From Vicugna vicugna (Eukaryota): a stretch of 64,000 bases of DNA. Every line of letters begins with the position of its first letter. Within the stretch, counting starts at the first letter, position 1. Below the pieces are notes generated by a model. That model did not search any database and was not told the DNA's origin. It was given only the letters and a program-made list of their open reading frames with translations. This document shows positions 38,338-51,815 of this stretch, piece by piece. Location: positions 10,624,184 through 10,688,183 of the forward strand of contig MU058844.1 of assembly GCA_013265495.1 (NCBI GenBank), read 5' to 3'. The position numbers and the translations under genes are program-made.

Positions 38338-39448
38338 TTAAATTGAACAATTTGACTAAAAGCTTGAGGCTCGAATTACTTGGGAGAAAATGGGGACTTA
38401 CCACAGTGATTTATCCCTTTATTCCAAAGTTCTTGAAGCTGGTAGCATTATTAATAACAGCTCCTGCTGTTAGTCATGCTATAAACACATCAAGAGCAAT
38501 ACAAGAATAAACCAAGCCGATTGCATTGGACTCTGTAAGTCAGTTTTCTTGTGGAATATTTTGTTGTTACTGTTAGGATCAGTTACATAGTCAGGGTGCA
38601 AGTCGGACAGACAACTTCTTTCAACAGTTCTGTGAACTCTTTCAAGCCATTTGGATGCTACAGTTTAATGGAGTGGTGATTTATGAAAAGGCATGCTAGG
38701 AGTCTGCAAAGATTGAAATGAAAGTTGCAAGGTGCCTTACCTACTCCCTAAAATAATTTACTGATTGACAAGAGCTGACTAGAAAATTGATGTTTTGAAT
38801 ATCAGAGATGCATTATAATAGAGATCTCGAAGTTCATGCTCAGGTGTGGCAGTCTTTAGGATGAGGGGTGGCAAAAGGCCAAGAACTGATGACTTCTCCA
38901 GCTGGTCAGAAATACCTGGGACAGATGTTACGGGCTGGGATATTTATTAGTGACATTTTTAATATTCAGGGAAAGCAGTGCAATCCAAGAGCACTACACT
39001 TCAGTGACTGGGTAGAGATCCCTAATTAAGAAATTGTTAGACTTGTATTGAAGGTTTCATCAGTTTCCAGACACTTCCTATTATTTTATCAGTGTAAACT
39101 GTTGTCTTAGGCTCCAGCAAACATTGCTTCATTAACTCTGTATATTAAGAAGGAAAGGAGAAGGAAGAATATTTGACTGTATATGGACAAAAAGTTTAAT
39201 TTTTCCTGAGAGTTATTTCCTGTCATTTATTGGTCATCTATTTGGAATCTGATTAAAATTGTATGATTAAAAACTAGTCACAGTGTATGTTCCATTTTCA
39301 AAGGAAAAAAATAAACCCTTCTAAAGAGCTGAATTTGAAAGGAAGAAATAAGGAATTTTAGAGTAGGGATGAACTCTTGAAAATTTCACCTTGTTTCTGA
39401 AATGTCTCTGGATTTTTTGGTGACTGTATTGAAATGGTATCAGTCATG

Positions 39449-39660
39449 AACCTGGGTTTTGGATCAGACAGGCCTGGGCCTGAGTTTCCCCACTTTCCCG
39501 CTAAAGGGCTGGGGCAGGTAAAGAAATCTGAGCTTTTTTTTTTAATCCAACAAAGAGTGATGATGATAATAGTGACTACTTCACAGAGGCTGGTTGAGGC
39601 CAAATGTGCACAAGTGAAGCACTGAGCACCGTGTTGGTGCACAGTGGGCGCTTACTAGTT
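39449..39660 (+). mobile_element. MIR SINE
   Basis: tgggttttggatcagacaggcctggg...gatgataatagtgactacttcacagaggctggttgagg...gtgaagcactgagcaccgtgttggtgcacagtgggcgctta. Confidence 0.7.
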
Positions 39661-41365
39661 GTTGTTGGTTAGTAGCTCTTTCAGGTGGGAGTTGTGTGGG
39701 AGGAAAGAAGCATTTAGTTTGGGGCATGCTGAGTTCATGTGAAGTGGATTTGAACTCAATTTTCAAGCCAGTCCTCTCAACACTCCATTATGCTCCCATT
39801 CCCACGTCATGTAGCCTATTGGCACCTACGCCGCGTAATCTACAAGCCTACTGGAGAAATTAACCAGTTCTCTAGAAACAGTGGTGTATTTCTTAAATCT
39901 GTCAAAATATATTGTACTGTGCAGTTTGGAGTGATTTATGGATTGATCAACCTTCTTGAACCTGATAATTTTATAGGCAATTAAAAAATGTCCATGATTA
40001 CACTTCTTGAAGTCACAGAAATAACTAAAAACTATTAGCAATACATTTTTTTTTAGGAATAACATGGATAACTCAAAACAAAACAAAGCCTCACAATATT
40101 TCAAATAGTTTAAGAATCTGCTGATGAAATCATGGTTAGAAACTGCTGACTTAAATTAAGATGAATATATAGTCAAATAGAATGATTGTGGTTACCTTTT
40201 GCAATACTTTTATTTTAGTTTTAGTTGTACGTTCTGGGGCATATTGACCATAGTGATGAGCTCTTCATAAAATGAGTAGTTTCAGAATGTTTGTAATGCC
40301 ACTCTAAATTAACTACCTGGGTTTAGAAAAGTGTAGGTTTTAAAGGATTACTGACAATACACTAGGTTTTTTTTTTTTGTCTTAAAAACTGAAATTTTAG
40401 AGTGAATAGAAAGACACTGCTCTTTGACAAAATTGGAAACAAGGCTTATGAAAATGACTTATGTCCTGGGTTTCATCCATTTATTTCATACCAGAATGTC
40501 TGCTAACATTAGGCATGTACTATCTATCTGCTAAGGCTGAGTGATGGACGGGCGGTTTTCAATCGGCCAGCTGGCATAGTCACAGACATGAATTATTTTA
40601 ACTAATGCATTTTTTAAAATTTCACATACTAGAGAGATGTACCAAAAGACTGTGTTTTATGCATTATTTCAAACCGACAGCTACAGAAATTCTGTATGCA
40701 AGGATGTCTGAGGACTGCGAAGCACGTTTTCCTGTTGAGTTATTACATGACCACAATCCCTCTTCTTTGTTGTTTGTCAACTGAGGTGTCTCAACAAGAT
40801 GAAAAACACCAGGGAAGAGGCAAGAGTAAAGGAAAATGCTAGAGACACAGAAAAACCATCGGTTTATGTTCCTTTCTATTGATAGGTTGGGAAGAGTGGT
40901 TTTAGAGTGCTCACACTACCCCTGTACACAGAGAATTTCACAATGAGTGTAATATACCTATTTGTACCATTTAAACAATGGAACATAGTTTACTTCATTC
41001 TGTGGCTGTGATTTATTTTCTGGAACTTGGCAACTTAGAAAAAGGTCATTCTTCTTCCGGCTTTATTTTAGAGAGGGGACAGTGTTCCAGCCCTTGAACA
41101 CACTTGAAGCTGACCTGACTTTTTGGATGTGAGTGATGTCCTGGTCACATTCTGGTCCACGTTCTATTCTGAAATGGCTTGAGCTGAGTCTTAATTGGAC
41201 CAAATCTAAATACACTATAGAATCCTCACTGAACTGAAGATAATTCATGGAGAATGTTTGAAATTCTTATCTGTGAGTCTCTGAACAAGTGGTCATGGGG
41301 ACATCTATGTATCTGTCAGGATGAGATCAGTCTGTTATCGAAAATAATGAAAGAAAAGTTTATTA

Positions 41366-41566
<201 letters not shown>

Positions 41567-44500
41567 TCAGAAGAGAGCAAAGACCAACATTGGTGGACGT
41601 TTTGGAAAAGACTGATTTGCTCACAGTGCCGCACATTGTGATTTCTCCCACTTCTTTGCTTTTAATAAATGATTATTCTCCTGTGAGTCTGAACACAGAA
41701 GGCAAATGAAGTGAGCTATAGAGAATTCAGAAACCCAATTATGACATGCAGGCTCTGGGAAGCCTGGTTTGAAACACAAAAGAGGCTTTTAAAAGGTTGC
41801 TGATTGCAGTTAAATATGGAATTCATCTTTGCAAAAGGGCTGCAATCAAATAACTTTGCAGTTGCTAAAAGCCCTTGTGTATTATTTTTCTTATGACAGT
41901 ATGATTTGTAAGTGGAAAAATACATTGTTAAACAATCACTAGTCTGAAATTATAAAGTAGGAAATTTTTATTTTGAACCAAAGCCTCAGACCAGCTAAAT
42001 AGAAATTTCTTAGAAATTGGATTGCATTTTGAGAAGATACAAATAAGATCTTCAAGTTTCTATCATATTCGACCTTTACTTGTGTGCTGGCTATGTTTTG
42101 TTTTAACTTACAGTAAAATAATTATTATACTTTCTGTATTTAAATATAGGGCATGAGGTCAAAGAAATATAATTTTAGCTTCATATAAAGGAAGGGAAGA
42201 TGACAGGTTTTAATGCTAAGTGACTAAGTTTCTAATTTCTTTTTTAAATACAGGAGAAATCTCTGCATTTCTTCAAGTTTATTTTTCTCAGTGATACATT
42301 CCTATTTCTTTTTATGAGTGTGAGTGTTGACTGGCGCTGTTAATATTTTTGCAAAAAAGAAAACAGAAGGTGTGAGAGGACTATTCTGATACCCTGCCAT
42401 CAGACATTCTGCATGAACAGAGCGGTTTAGATCCAGAGGGGAAACAAAAGTAGACTCTCTTATTGTTGCGCAAGGTGTAGGCTGTCCAGTAAATGCAGTC
42501 AGATCATAGCTTTTCCCATCAGGGGTCTGTAGTTTTGAGTATGCGACTTTTCAGCCAGCAGAGTGGAAAAGCAACTCACCTCCTTAAAAAAAAAAGTCAC
42601 ATCCATTTTCTACGAAACTGACCCACCACGTTCATAAGTGCGTTTGTGCTAGTTGGCTCAATTTTTAACCTAGACCAATACCCTTGATGATTACGGTTTC
42701 CATTTTAATGCTTCAATATCTTTGTGACTTTATCATACACAGTAGCAATAAGAGTGCTGGATTATAGATACACAGAACGTAAGCAAATGGTCCAAGAAGA
42801 GTGAAAATAGACGTCAGATGATAGACATGATCAGTAAAGCAAACAGTGTGTCTCCTGGTCTGCCAAGTTGGCACTGGGAATTTGCCTGTGGATAGCAATG
42901 TGAGTAAGCAAGATTACATTCCTTCCTTCTCATGTTTTGCAATACTTTTTGTCTGGGGTGGGGAAAGCACTAGCAGTAAAGCCTAAACTCTTTCAAACTG
43001 GATCATCTATACTTTTTGGGTGTTCTGTTGACAAGAGGTGGAATTACTTCTTCTAACCCCTCTCTGACTTCTGCTCGAGAGATCAGGATCACATTCCTCT
43101 CCACCATGGAAGCTTCTTACAGTACTTCTAGGGTTGTCTTTTGGTTTTGGTAAGCAAATGTGTATATCTGATTACAGCTTTATCTACAAAATCCCTCAAA
43201 CTTTAGCTGCCATGACTCATAGGAGTCATAAATCAGATTAGTTTAGAACATTTGGAAAAATAAATGCTTAATATTAAAAAAATCTTTTATCAGGTAGAAT
43301 ATTCTAGATTCTCAGAATGAAATATCTTTTAAAATTTGATGTTCGCTAGAAAGGGAATAATAGTAAATACATTCACATTATATTTGAGTAAAAAAACTCA
43401 CTGCTATTTTCTTAAAAATGCTGCTTTATAAAATGATACAGTACTCAAAGCCAGCAGAGAAGTTGGAAAATTATGACTAATCAGGATGAGCTACCACTAG
43501 ATTTCTACTGGGAAATATGAAAATAGAATAAATTAGTAGAAAGATGCTGGATTCATATAGGAAGGCAGGTTAAATTTCTGGAAAACACGTTATGCGTGAA
43601 GAGAATGTAAGTTGACCTTGACTTGCCCTAGAATATATAAATACTAGGAAGTTTTACTCTCACCTAACTCCTGATCAAAGTTCGGCAGAAGTGATAAAAA
43701 TGACCTCAAATGCCCTATTTAATTAGCCAGAAATGATACACCTATAAATGTATATAAATCCGTACCTATAAGCCTGTATCTGTAACCATGACTCAGCTTT
43801 CTAGAAGGTATTATAAAATAACTAGCCAGAGCTGCAATGAAGCTGATTAAATACAATTATTTATAATATGACAGTGCACATCAGTACGTTCTTTGTGAGG
43901 AACCCTCTGGACGCTTCAAAACGTGAAGACTTTATATGAGCTGTCAGTTCCTAAATAAAGCCCAGAATTTCTGCAGTTGCTTAGAGCTCACAGTATTACC
44001 GACTTTGGACATGAGTCCCCAAAGCTGAGCATTGGTGTTCACTTTATTTATTGTTTATTCCTCATCAAACTGGATGTAATTAACACACGCCACATTAGTA
44101 GTAACTGTATTTCCACGTATCGAAGTTCTTCCCGGCCCAAAAAGATGAGTGATGCAAAACAAACTGGAGAGATTTAATGCTCCCCTGGTCAGTAAAGAAC
44201 TGTGTCCTAAAGACATTAAGAGCCTGATCTCTAACTCAGCTAATTCTTATCTAGCTTTTAAATTTCTTTAGCAATTCAGAAGGTAAAGGGACATCTTCAT
44301 CAATGTCACAGAGCCTAGAAGGTCTTTTTAGGTAGAGAGACTTTTTAACATTTATCTTTGAGCTACCTCTGTAACAGGCAGTTAATAAAAGGCAGCTAAT
44401 GTTACCATTCATCCGGGTGGCACTTGGCAGCTTTTTGAGAAATTACAGCAGGAATGCCTGTTTTGATACCACCGCTAGTACCATATCACTTTCGGGGTAG

Positions 44501-45078
44501 CATACAAGGCACTAGGAAATCAAGCTGGTGGTCTTTTTGCTTCTCTAGAACCATTACCTCATTTGTGACAGGAGTTGTACCCAGTACCATGACGTTCATA
44601 AGATATTCCTGCCTTTGAAATCCATGGAGGACAGTCAATTTTTTTCATCTTTGATTCCCTATCAAACTGTTAAATTTTGTTTCAAAACTTTGGCTTAAAT
44701 GGTGGTCTAACTCAAAGGCCCCGTGCCCTGTTAGGATCTAAATCCATGAATTCCAAGGACGATTGTTCGAGCTCCGGCTGCGGGATCAGTGGCTGGGAGC
44801 TCTCGGAGTTCAACTGACTGCTTAAGTTAATTTGTATTCCACCTGCCTTCTGTGAGTGCCATGAGTAGATGTAATAGGCTGAACGCTGTGAATCCTAACT
44901 ACCAGAAGTTAAATTAGCAAGTAGGGGATTGCCTGTGCTTAGAAATTATTTCATCAATAGCTTTGATAATTGCATTTTCCCCTCGTAGCAAACAAAATGT
45001 TTTAAGAAGTATCTTGTTTCAATTTCTAGTTGGTAATTTCAGAAAACAGAATGGAAAGAGAAGACATTTTCCCCCTCA

Positions 45079-45204
<126 letters not shown>

Positions 45205-46299
45205 CTATGAGTAGGGAAACGGATTATGTGTAAATTCCAGTGAATTTTCATGAAAACCCCAATTAAACTGGGCCTGTGGTCATACTTGGAAAGCTGTTAG
45301 AAGCAAGCACTGAGATGCTGGAAATCTCCATTTGTCTGACACACATTCACATCTGCTGCTTATGTATCTTTTTAAATTCCATTTGTGCACGGAATTTTTT
45401 CCCCCAATCAGCAAGCAACATGGAAGCAATGGAAAAAGCCCCTCCAAAGACTGCAAGCAAAACATGTAAAGTCGTTGCAAAGAAAATGTCAACCCAGTGT
45501 TATCTCTGGCTCTGATAAAACTGCTTCTTTCAGAGGCATGAGAAACATGCTATTAACCAGGCCGGTTTTCACATTCATGAAGTCCAAAGAGATCTAAGCT
45601 AAGCGTCATGTAGAACATCCTTGTTACATGCGGTGGAGGAATTTATATGAAATGCGTGGCCTTTTCTTGCCTCGTTTCCTATGAAAAAGATAGTTGAGTA
45701 AGTGATTCTCAGAAAATTGTAATTTCCTAGGTTTTGCATATACGTTTACAATGGCCATGAAAAAAGACGAAAAAAGAAAACATGCCATCAGCAAATGCGC
45801 ATTAGAGAAAAATCTACCACTTCCAGTTTAAGTTGACTGTGTTATTTTTAAAACAGCTCCACAGAAAGCTAGGCTGAATTAAACTGATTTATGGATCTAT
45901 TTGATATCAAAAGACAAAAGGAGTTACATTGGCAATTTTACTTGTATAAAAATTAGTTTTGCCTTAAAAAGCAAAAGTCACGACCCTGGACTCTGAAAAC
46001 TCAGTTTGAGACCAAACCAATTAAATATTTTTTTAAAACCTAAAACTCAAGTGTAGTAGACATTGAAATACTAGAAAGGTCATTATTTCATAAAAATTTC
46101 ATTCCAAGTTCCTCTTTTTTTAAAAATCAAAATGTTTTTCCATTCAGTGCAAAAATTTTACTCAAATAATCAAAGGTTATAAAGATTATAAATATTAGAA
46201 GTTTTGTTTCTAGGAGTGAACATTCTTACTGCTTTACAGAATTAGAAGAAAAGGATTAGAAATCTCTATGTAGTTATTATTCAGAATTAAAAATGACAA

Positions 46300-46530
46300 A
46301 ATGTTACATTTTCCTGACCACTAATGAGGTTGAAAAATTTAAAAAGCTTTATGTTAACCATTTGTATTGTTTCTTCTGGGGACTGCCTGTATATATCCTT
46401 GGCTAATTTTTCTCTTGGGTTGTTTGCCTCTTACTGATCTGTAAAGACTTTTTGTATTTTAGTGGTCTCAACCTTTCTGTTGTTACATACAGCAAATATT
46501 CTCCTAGGTTTTGGTTATTGCCTTTTTTTT
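46300..46530 (-). mobile_element. Old L1M fragment
   Basis: catttttcctgaccactaatgaggttgaa...ccatttgtattgtttcttctggggactgcctgtatatatccttggctaatttt resembles the antisense L1 ORF2 3' region. Confidence 0.7.
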
Positions 46531-49500
46531 TTATTACTATTGCCTTTCCTGTATGTGTGTTACAGTAGATCTGACAAAAATGAAGCTAAGACATAATGAG
46601 TGCTAGACTGTTATGTCTCTCTGACAAAGTAAAGGAATCTGAACTCTTGGCAGTGATCAAATTAAATCTGAGAACTCTTGTAGGACTCAAATGCAAGCAG
46701 TAAAACCAGGCGACAGAAAGGCTCCATCAGACTATGGCTCTACCACCTAGCACCCCTCTACCTCCCAGATTACGGTCTTTTTTCTCTGCTCAGAGCAAGC
46801 TTTTCTATTCACTGAGCCACTTAAACAGAGACCCTCGGGGTACTTCAAAATGGCACGCTCAGTCTCTGCACTGACAAGACTTGCCAATTGGTCTCTACCC
46901 GGCTAACTTGATCCTGAAAAAACAGACTTGGTACCGTCTTATTAGAACTTTGGGTGGGAAGGTCATATAAACAGAGTTGAGCCGAAGTCAGAAGTGCCTC
47001 CCATTTTGTGCTTCTTGACAACTTTCAGGAGCCTACAGTGACTTTGGAAAATTGAAAATCACCATCTGTGGAGAAACCTTTTCAGATCTGGTTAGCTATA
47101 CAGCAGTTAATTGGGAAAGTTTATACTTGGATGTTTCCCTAAATGGTAAAATGTAGATTTACTGATAGCCAAAGGCAGGAAACAACACAATTATTTAAAA
47201 ATGTATATCAATCTTGTAACCTGGGGGGGTGTTGCTAATGGAAGCATGATAGTAAAGTGACAAGAAAAGAAGACTGGGTATAATTGGAGGACTCAGGCAG
47301 TGAATCCACATTGCCATTTCAAAACCTCAGCTGTGTGTCTAAGTCCTTATTACTGTCTGAAAAGGTGTGTTGGGAAAATTGCGACTTGGGACATTTGCCT
47401 CCCTGTAAGATATTAATTTTTTTTTAAGTAGCAAACTATTTAATGCATGTTTCTGTCTGAAAAATCTGCACATTTCTCCATCATCATCATACAAAATTTC
47501 ATGGATTAAAATACTGCTTCACAAGTTCTTTCAGAGCTAACAGTTTACATATCTTATTTCAGCTTCGTGCAATTTGAAAGAGCTGAGATATGAAATCTCC
47601 TCCTCCCTAAGTGGTTTGGGCTCTCATAAAAGGTGCAGGGCCATTTCAGTAATTATTCTGCATGAAATAGGGCTCAATTTGATAATTTCTCAGTGCCACT
47701 GTTCATCACTGAACTGATTAAGTCTATTCTTATCCCAAAGGTTGAGCTTGAGCAAGAGGTATTCTGTGCCATTACATCAAATTCAGACCTATTAAATCAG
47801 TAGTTATTATAATATCTTGAAAGCAATAGTCTCTCCCTCCATACTCGCCTCCCACCCCGGGAACAAAACGCATGTAAACCCAGCAGTTCTGAGAGTTTGA
47901 TAAATTGGAGTAGAAAAAGCTGTGTTGGGAATATTAGACCTGGTTTTAAATTTCAAAAATTTAGGGCATGGATGTCTGACTTGATTTGACATTCCAGAGG
48001 TGCTTGGCTCTTCCCGGATGCACCATCAGAAGGAGCCTTTGCTCATTCTAAGTTACATTGTTCAGATCTGGAATTGATAAAAGCACACTGCCCAAGACAC
48101 GAAATTTTCTTCTGTGCCCATCAATTGAAACTTGAGCTTTCTAATAGTGTTCTATTTAATCAGTGATGCTTAAAACAGAAAACCTTTATCTTAAAAAAAA
48201 ATCAATTTAGTTCAGCCTCTTGATGTGTGTCAGAATGGTACACCCTCAGCTGTGGAGCGCCAGTTGCCAGGCCACTAGATGTATCTGAGCATTGACTTGG
48301 GGGTCTGAATAGCAGAGGAAACCTACCGCAAGGGACAGTCCAGAACAGTCATGAGACACAACACAGATAAGGAGGACATAGAAGGAAGAAATAAAAATTT
48401 AAATATCCACACACATTAGTAAAAACCATGGAGAAATGACCTTTCCAGACCTCTGATTCGCCAGTTGATCGTGCCCCTCTCAATTTTCAGTATTTTGAAG
48501 CTTTAAGCCATTAAAAAAAAAATCAAAACCTTAAATAGATACCCTTTGCTGTGTCAATATACTACCTATGGTTACTATTTTATTGTCATTGTAGAATACT
48601 GAAAAAGCTTCCTTGGTTGGTGATAAAATCTTCCCATAGAGACACAGCCGTAAACACTGAGATGTGAATTTCTGTGAGTTTTTGTATGAACTGAATGGTA
48701 AAAACTTAGTGATTTCCCTTAGAGCCTCTGTGTCTTAAGAAACCATATCTAAAATGCCTCTTACGTCTGTCCTGTTTCTGAACGAGAGATGTAGATTGTC
48801 TTTACTGTCTTCCACGTGTTCACATCAGCATCCTGTCTAAATAGTTTGAAAACATAATTAAAGAATAATTTTACTGTGTGTTGATGCTGTTTTGAACTTG
48901 GATGATCAGATGATTCCCATGTGACATAGCATCTTAAAATCTGAACATCCTGTTTTACTTCTTTACCCTTTCTCTTCATAAAACAGTAGAACTCTATCAG
49001 CTACTTTTGTCTCCTTAAAAAGTAGCATAAGTTATTGTTAGACAACCACTGATCAGTGGGTCTACTTTTACTCGTCCAAATTATATTTTATTCTGTACAT
49101 TTAATTGTTAGTTAAAATAAGACCCATAAAATCCTACACAGACAAAGTGATCTACTTAAGGATTTAAAAAACACTTTTTTTGACTTACTGAAATCTTAAA
49201 TGCTACATTGTAACAGTAGATGAGTATAAATGATCACTGACCTCAGAGTATTTCCTTATTTGACCCATTTTCTCTTCCCCTCCCATCCAAAGGAGTTGGT
49301 GATCAATGAAAAATTAACCACTGTCAATTCTCTGTATTTACTAGTATTGAGATCTTGGTCATTTATCCAGGTCAAAACAGGGGTCATAACACCACTACTT
49401 TGCTATAAATTACAGTCTTACATCATACAGAACAAATTCCACAAAGAAAAATACGAATTTCTTGTCCTAGGAAGAAATGCTGTAGTAATCATGTAAGATA

Positions 49501-51091
49501 ATTCAGTGCTTTCAATTGTTAGTTCTAGCATACATGAAAACCCCATCTAAATGTTATTGCAGTTATGAAAATGACAGTATTATATTCTCAGTTGGTGTCA
49601 TAGACATAGCTGAAACTCACATACAAATTATTCAGTCCGTCTAAGTCCATCTAGGAGATTGTTTCTACACTTAATCTCCCAAATAACGTTGTTTAAAGAA
49701 ATCTGTGTCAAGTTCTGCTTGTTATGAAAAATGATTAAATGAAGCAAGGCATGATTTAAAACTTCAGAATCTACGTAACAAATTAACCAAAATCCTTATT
49801 AGACATCTATGGTTGAACACTGGTACCTGGGCTTCTGTGGCTGTGATTAGAAACTCTGAAAAAAGCATAACCCTTGCTACTCTGAGCTCAGGACAAAGCT
49901 CTCTGAGGGCAGGCACTGTCCTATAGCTCTGAAACCAAGCAAAAGTTCAAGTGAAAAATGAGCCTGTGTGAAATTCTCGTCAATCGTCATGACAGGGTCT
50001 TTGAGGAAAGTGTTTAAAACTCAAGCTGGGGAGAGGGATTAGCGTCCTGTGTGTGTGGGTGACTATGCAGATGTACTAAAAATGCCTTCCTTACCTAGAC
50101 TGTTCTTAAGGAGACTCACGTAGTTAAGAGTTCAGCCAACAGTAATATTACATGAAGAATTCGTGAAACTGCCTACGTACTTAGCCGTCAGGGACTCGCA
50201 CTTACACATTGCCCTTTAGTCACGGTGCTTAACACGTTTACTAGGGAATAGCGCTCTATGGGTTGCTGTTTGGGAACAGCATTGATAATTGAAGGGAAAC
50301 ATTGATAATTGAAAATGTTCTTTCTCTGAAATCTCTGCATTTACATTTTTATATGAAATAAGTGTTCTTTAGATGTTTCCAATATGATATGATTCCAAAA
50401 GAGGAAGACTTTTAATTATTATACTTATTAATAGGAGACTTTATTCTGAACCAAATCACCCAGTTCATTTAGGAAAAATAGACCACCGCATAAAGGACAT
50501 CCAAATAGCTTCCTTGGGCTTGGGGCAGTAACTCAGCCGGTTGGATTTTATAGTTTGCATTATGGTTCTAAGTGTCCCTAAGTGAACAATGACAATTTTG
50601 CCTTGCAATTCTACTCTGTTCTCTAGAACCAGCTCGGATTTGACTTCCTTCCCTTCTATACCTCTCTACTCCTAAGCACTAGTAATGGAGCTGGTTGGTT
50701 ATATAGGAATGGTAACTTCCATCAGTCATGATAAACAGCTATAAGACTCATTTAACAGTGATTATGATCAGTGATGGTGTTAGAAAGATGTTCTTTCTGC
50801 CCAAGAGGGAGAACACTCAAATACTCCTTATTCTGTTTCTCTAGATCTAAACACTACTAAGACAGGCTAAACAGATGTAATAAGAATATTCCGGTATCAT
50901 TCCAATATGGTGAACCTGCCAAGATGGCCTGATGGTCATGGATGAGACCAGAAAACCCAACTACACATTTCCGTTGTCATTTGGGAGGTTGACTCATGAC
51001 TGAAAGGATTGCAAAGCATTCCTGCAACAACGACACATGTCCAGATATTGTTTATTTCTGTACTGATCTGGCATAAAATAATCTATTTTCA

Positions 51092-51388
<297 letters not shown>

Positions 51389-51614
51389 TCATGGGCTATG
51401 AAGCTATTCAGTCCTTCATTCGTATTTATTGTGCTCCAGGCACACTGTTCTGTGTTATTTTATACATGTTGTTTCCTCTGCCTGGAGTGTTTCCATCTTT
51501 TCCACCTCGCCCTTCCAGGTGTATCAAATGTCATCTCCTCCCTTTTGGTTTCCTTGCCCCTTCCAAGCCAGATTTTCACTAATCCATTCCTTCATTTCTT
51601 CCAAGTGTACCTCT

Positions 51615-51815
51615 CAAATTTGGCTTTTGAGTTTCAGTCCTGGTCCTGCCTCTTCCTAGCTGTGTGACCTCTGGCAAGTTGCCTAACCTCCCTCTGCCCC
51701 GGTATACTCATCTCTAAAGTGGAGGTAAATTGGTAGGTACCTCAGTCTTTCTGAAGATGAAAAGACGATGCAGTGCTGGGCACACGGCAAAAACTTAATG
51801 AATACTAGCTGCTCT
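51615..51815 (+). mobile_element. MIR SINE
   Basis: tcctggtcctgcctcttcctagctgtgtgacctctggcaagttgcctaacctccctctgccccgg..ctcatctctaaagtgg. Confidence 0.75.

Noticed and set aside
44769..44802. GC-rich hairpin GAGCTCCGGCTGC...GTGGCTGGGAGCTC
   Set aside because: Too short for a pre-miRNA, and it relies on G-U pairs available only on the antisense strand.
48270..48285. CTCF-like GGCCACTAGATGTA
   Set aside because: Lacks the conserved GGC 3' part of the core.
50280..50313. 14-bp direct repeat cattgataattgaa with 20-bp period
   Set aside because: Ordinary small slippage duplication with no functional cue.
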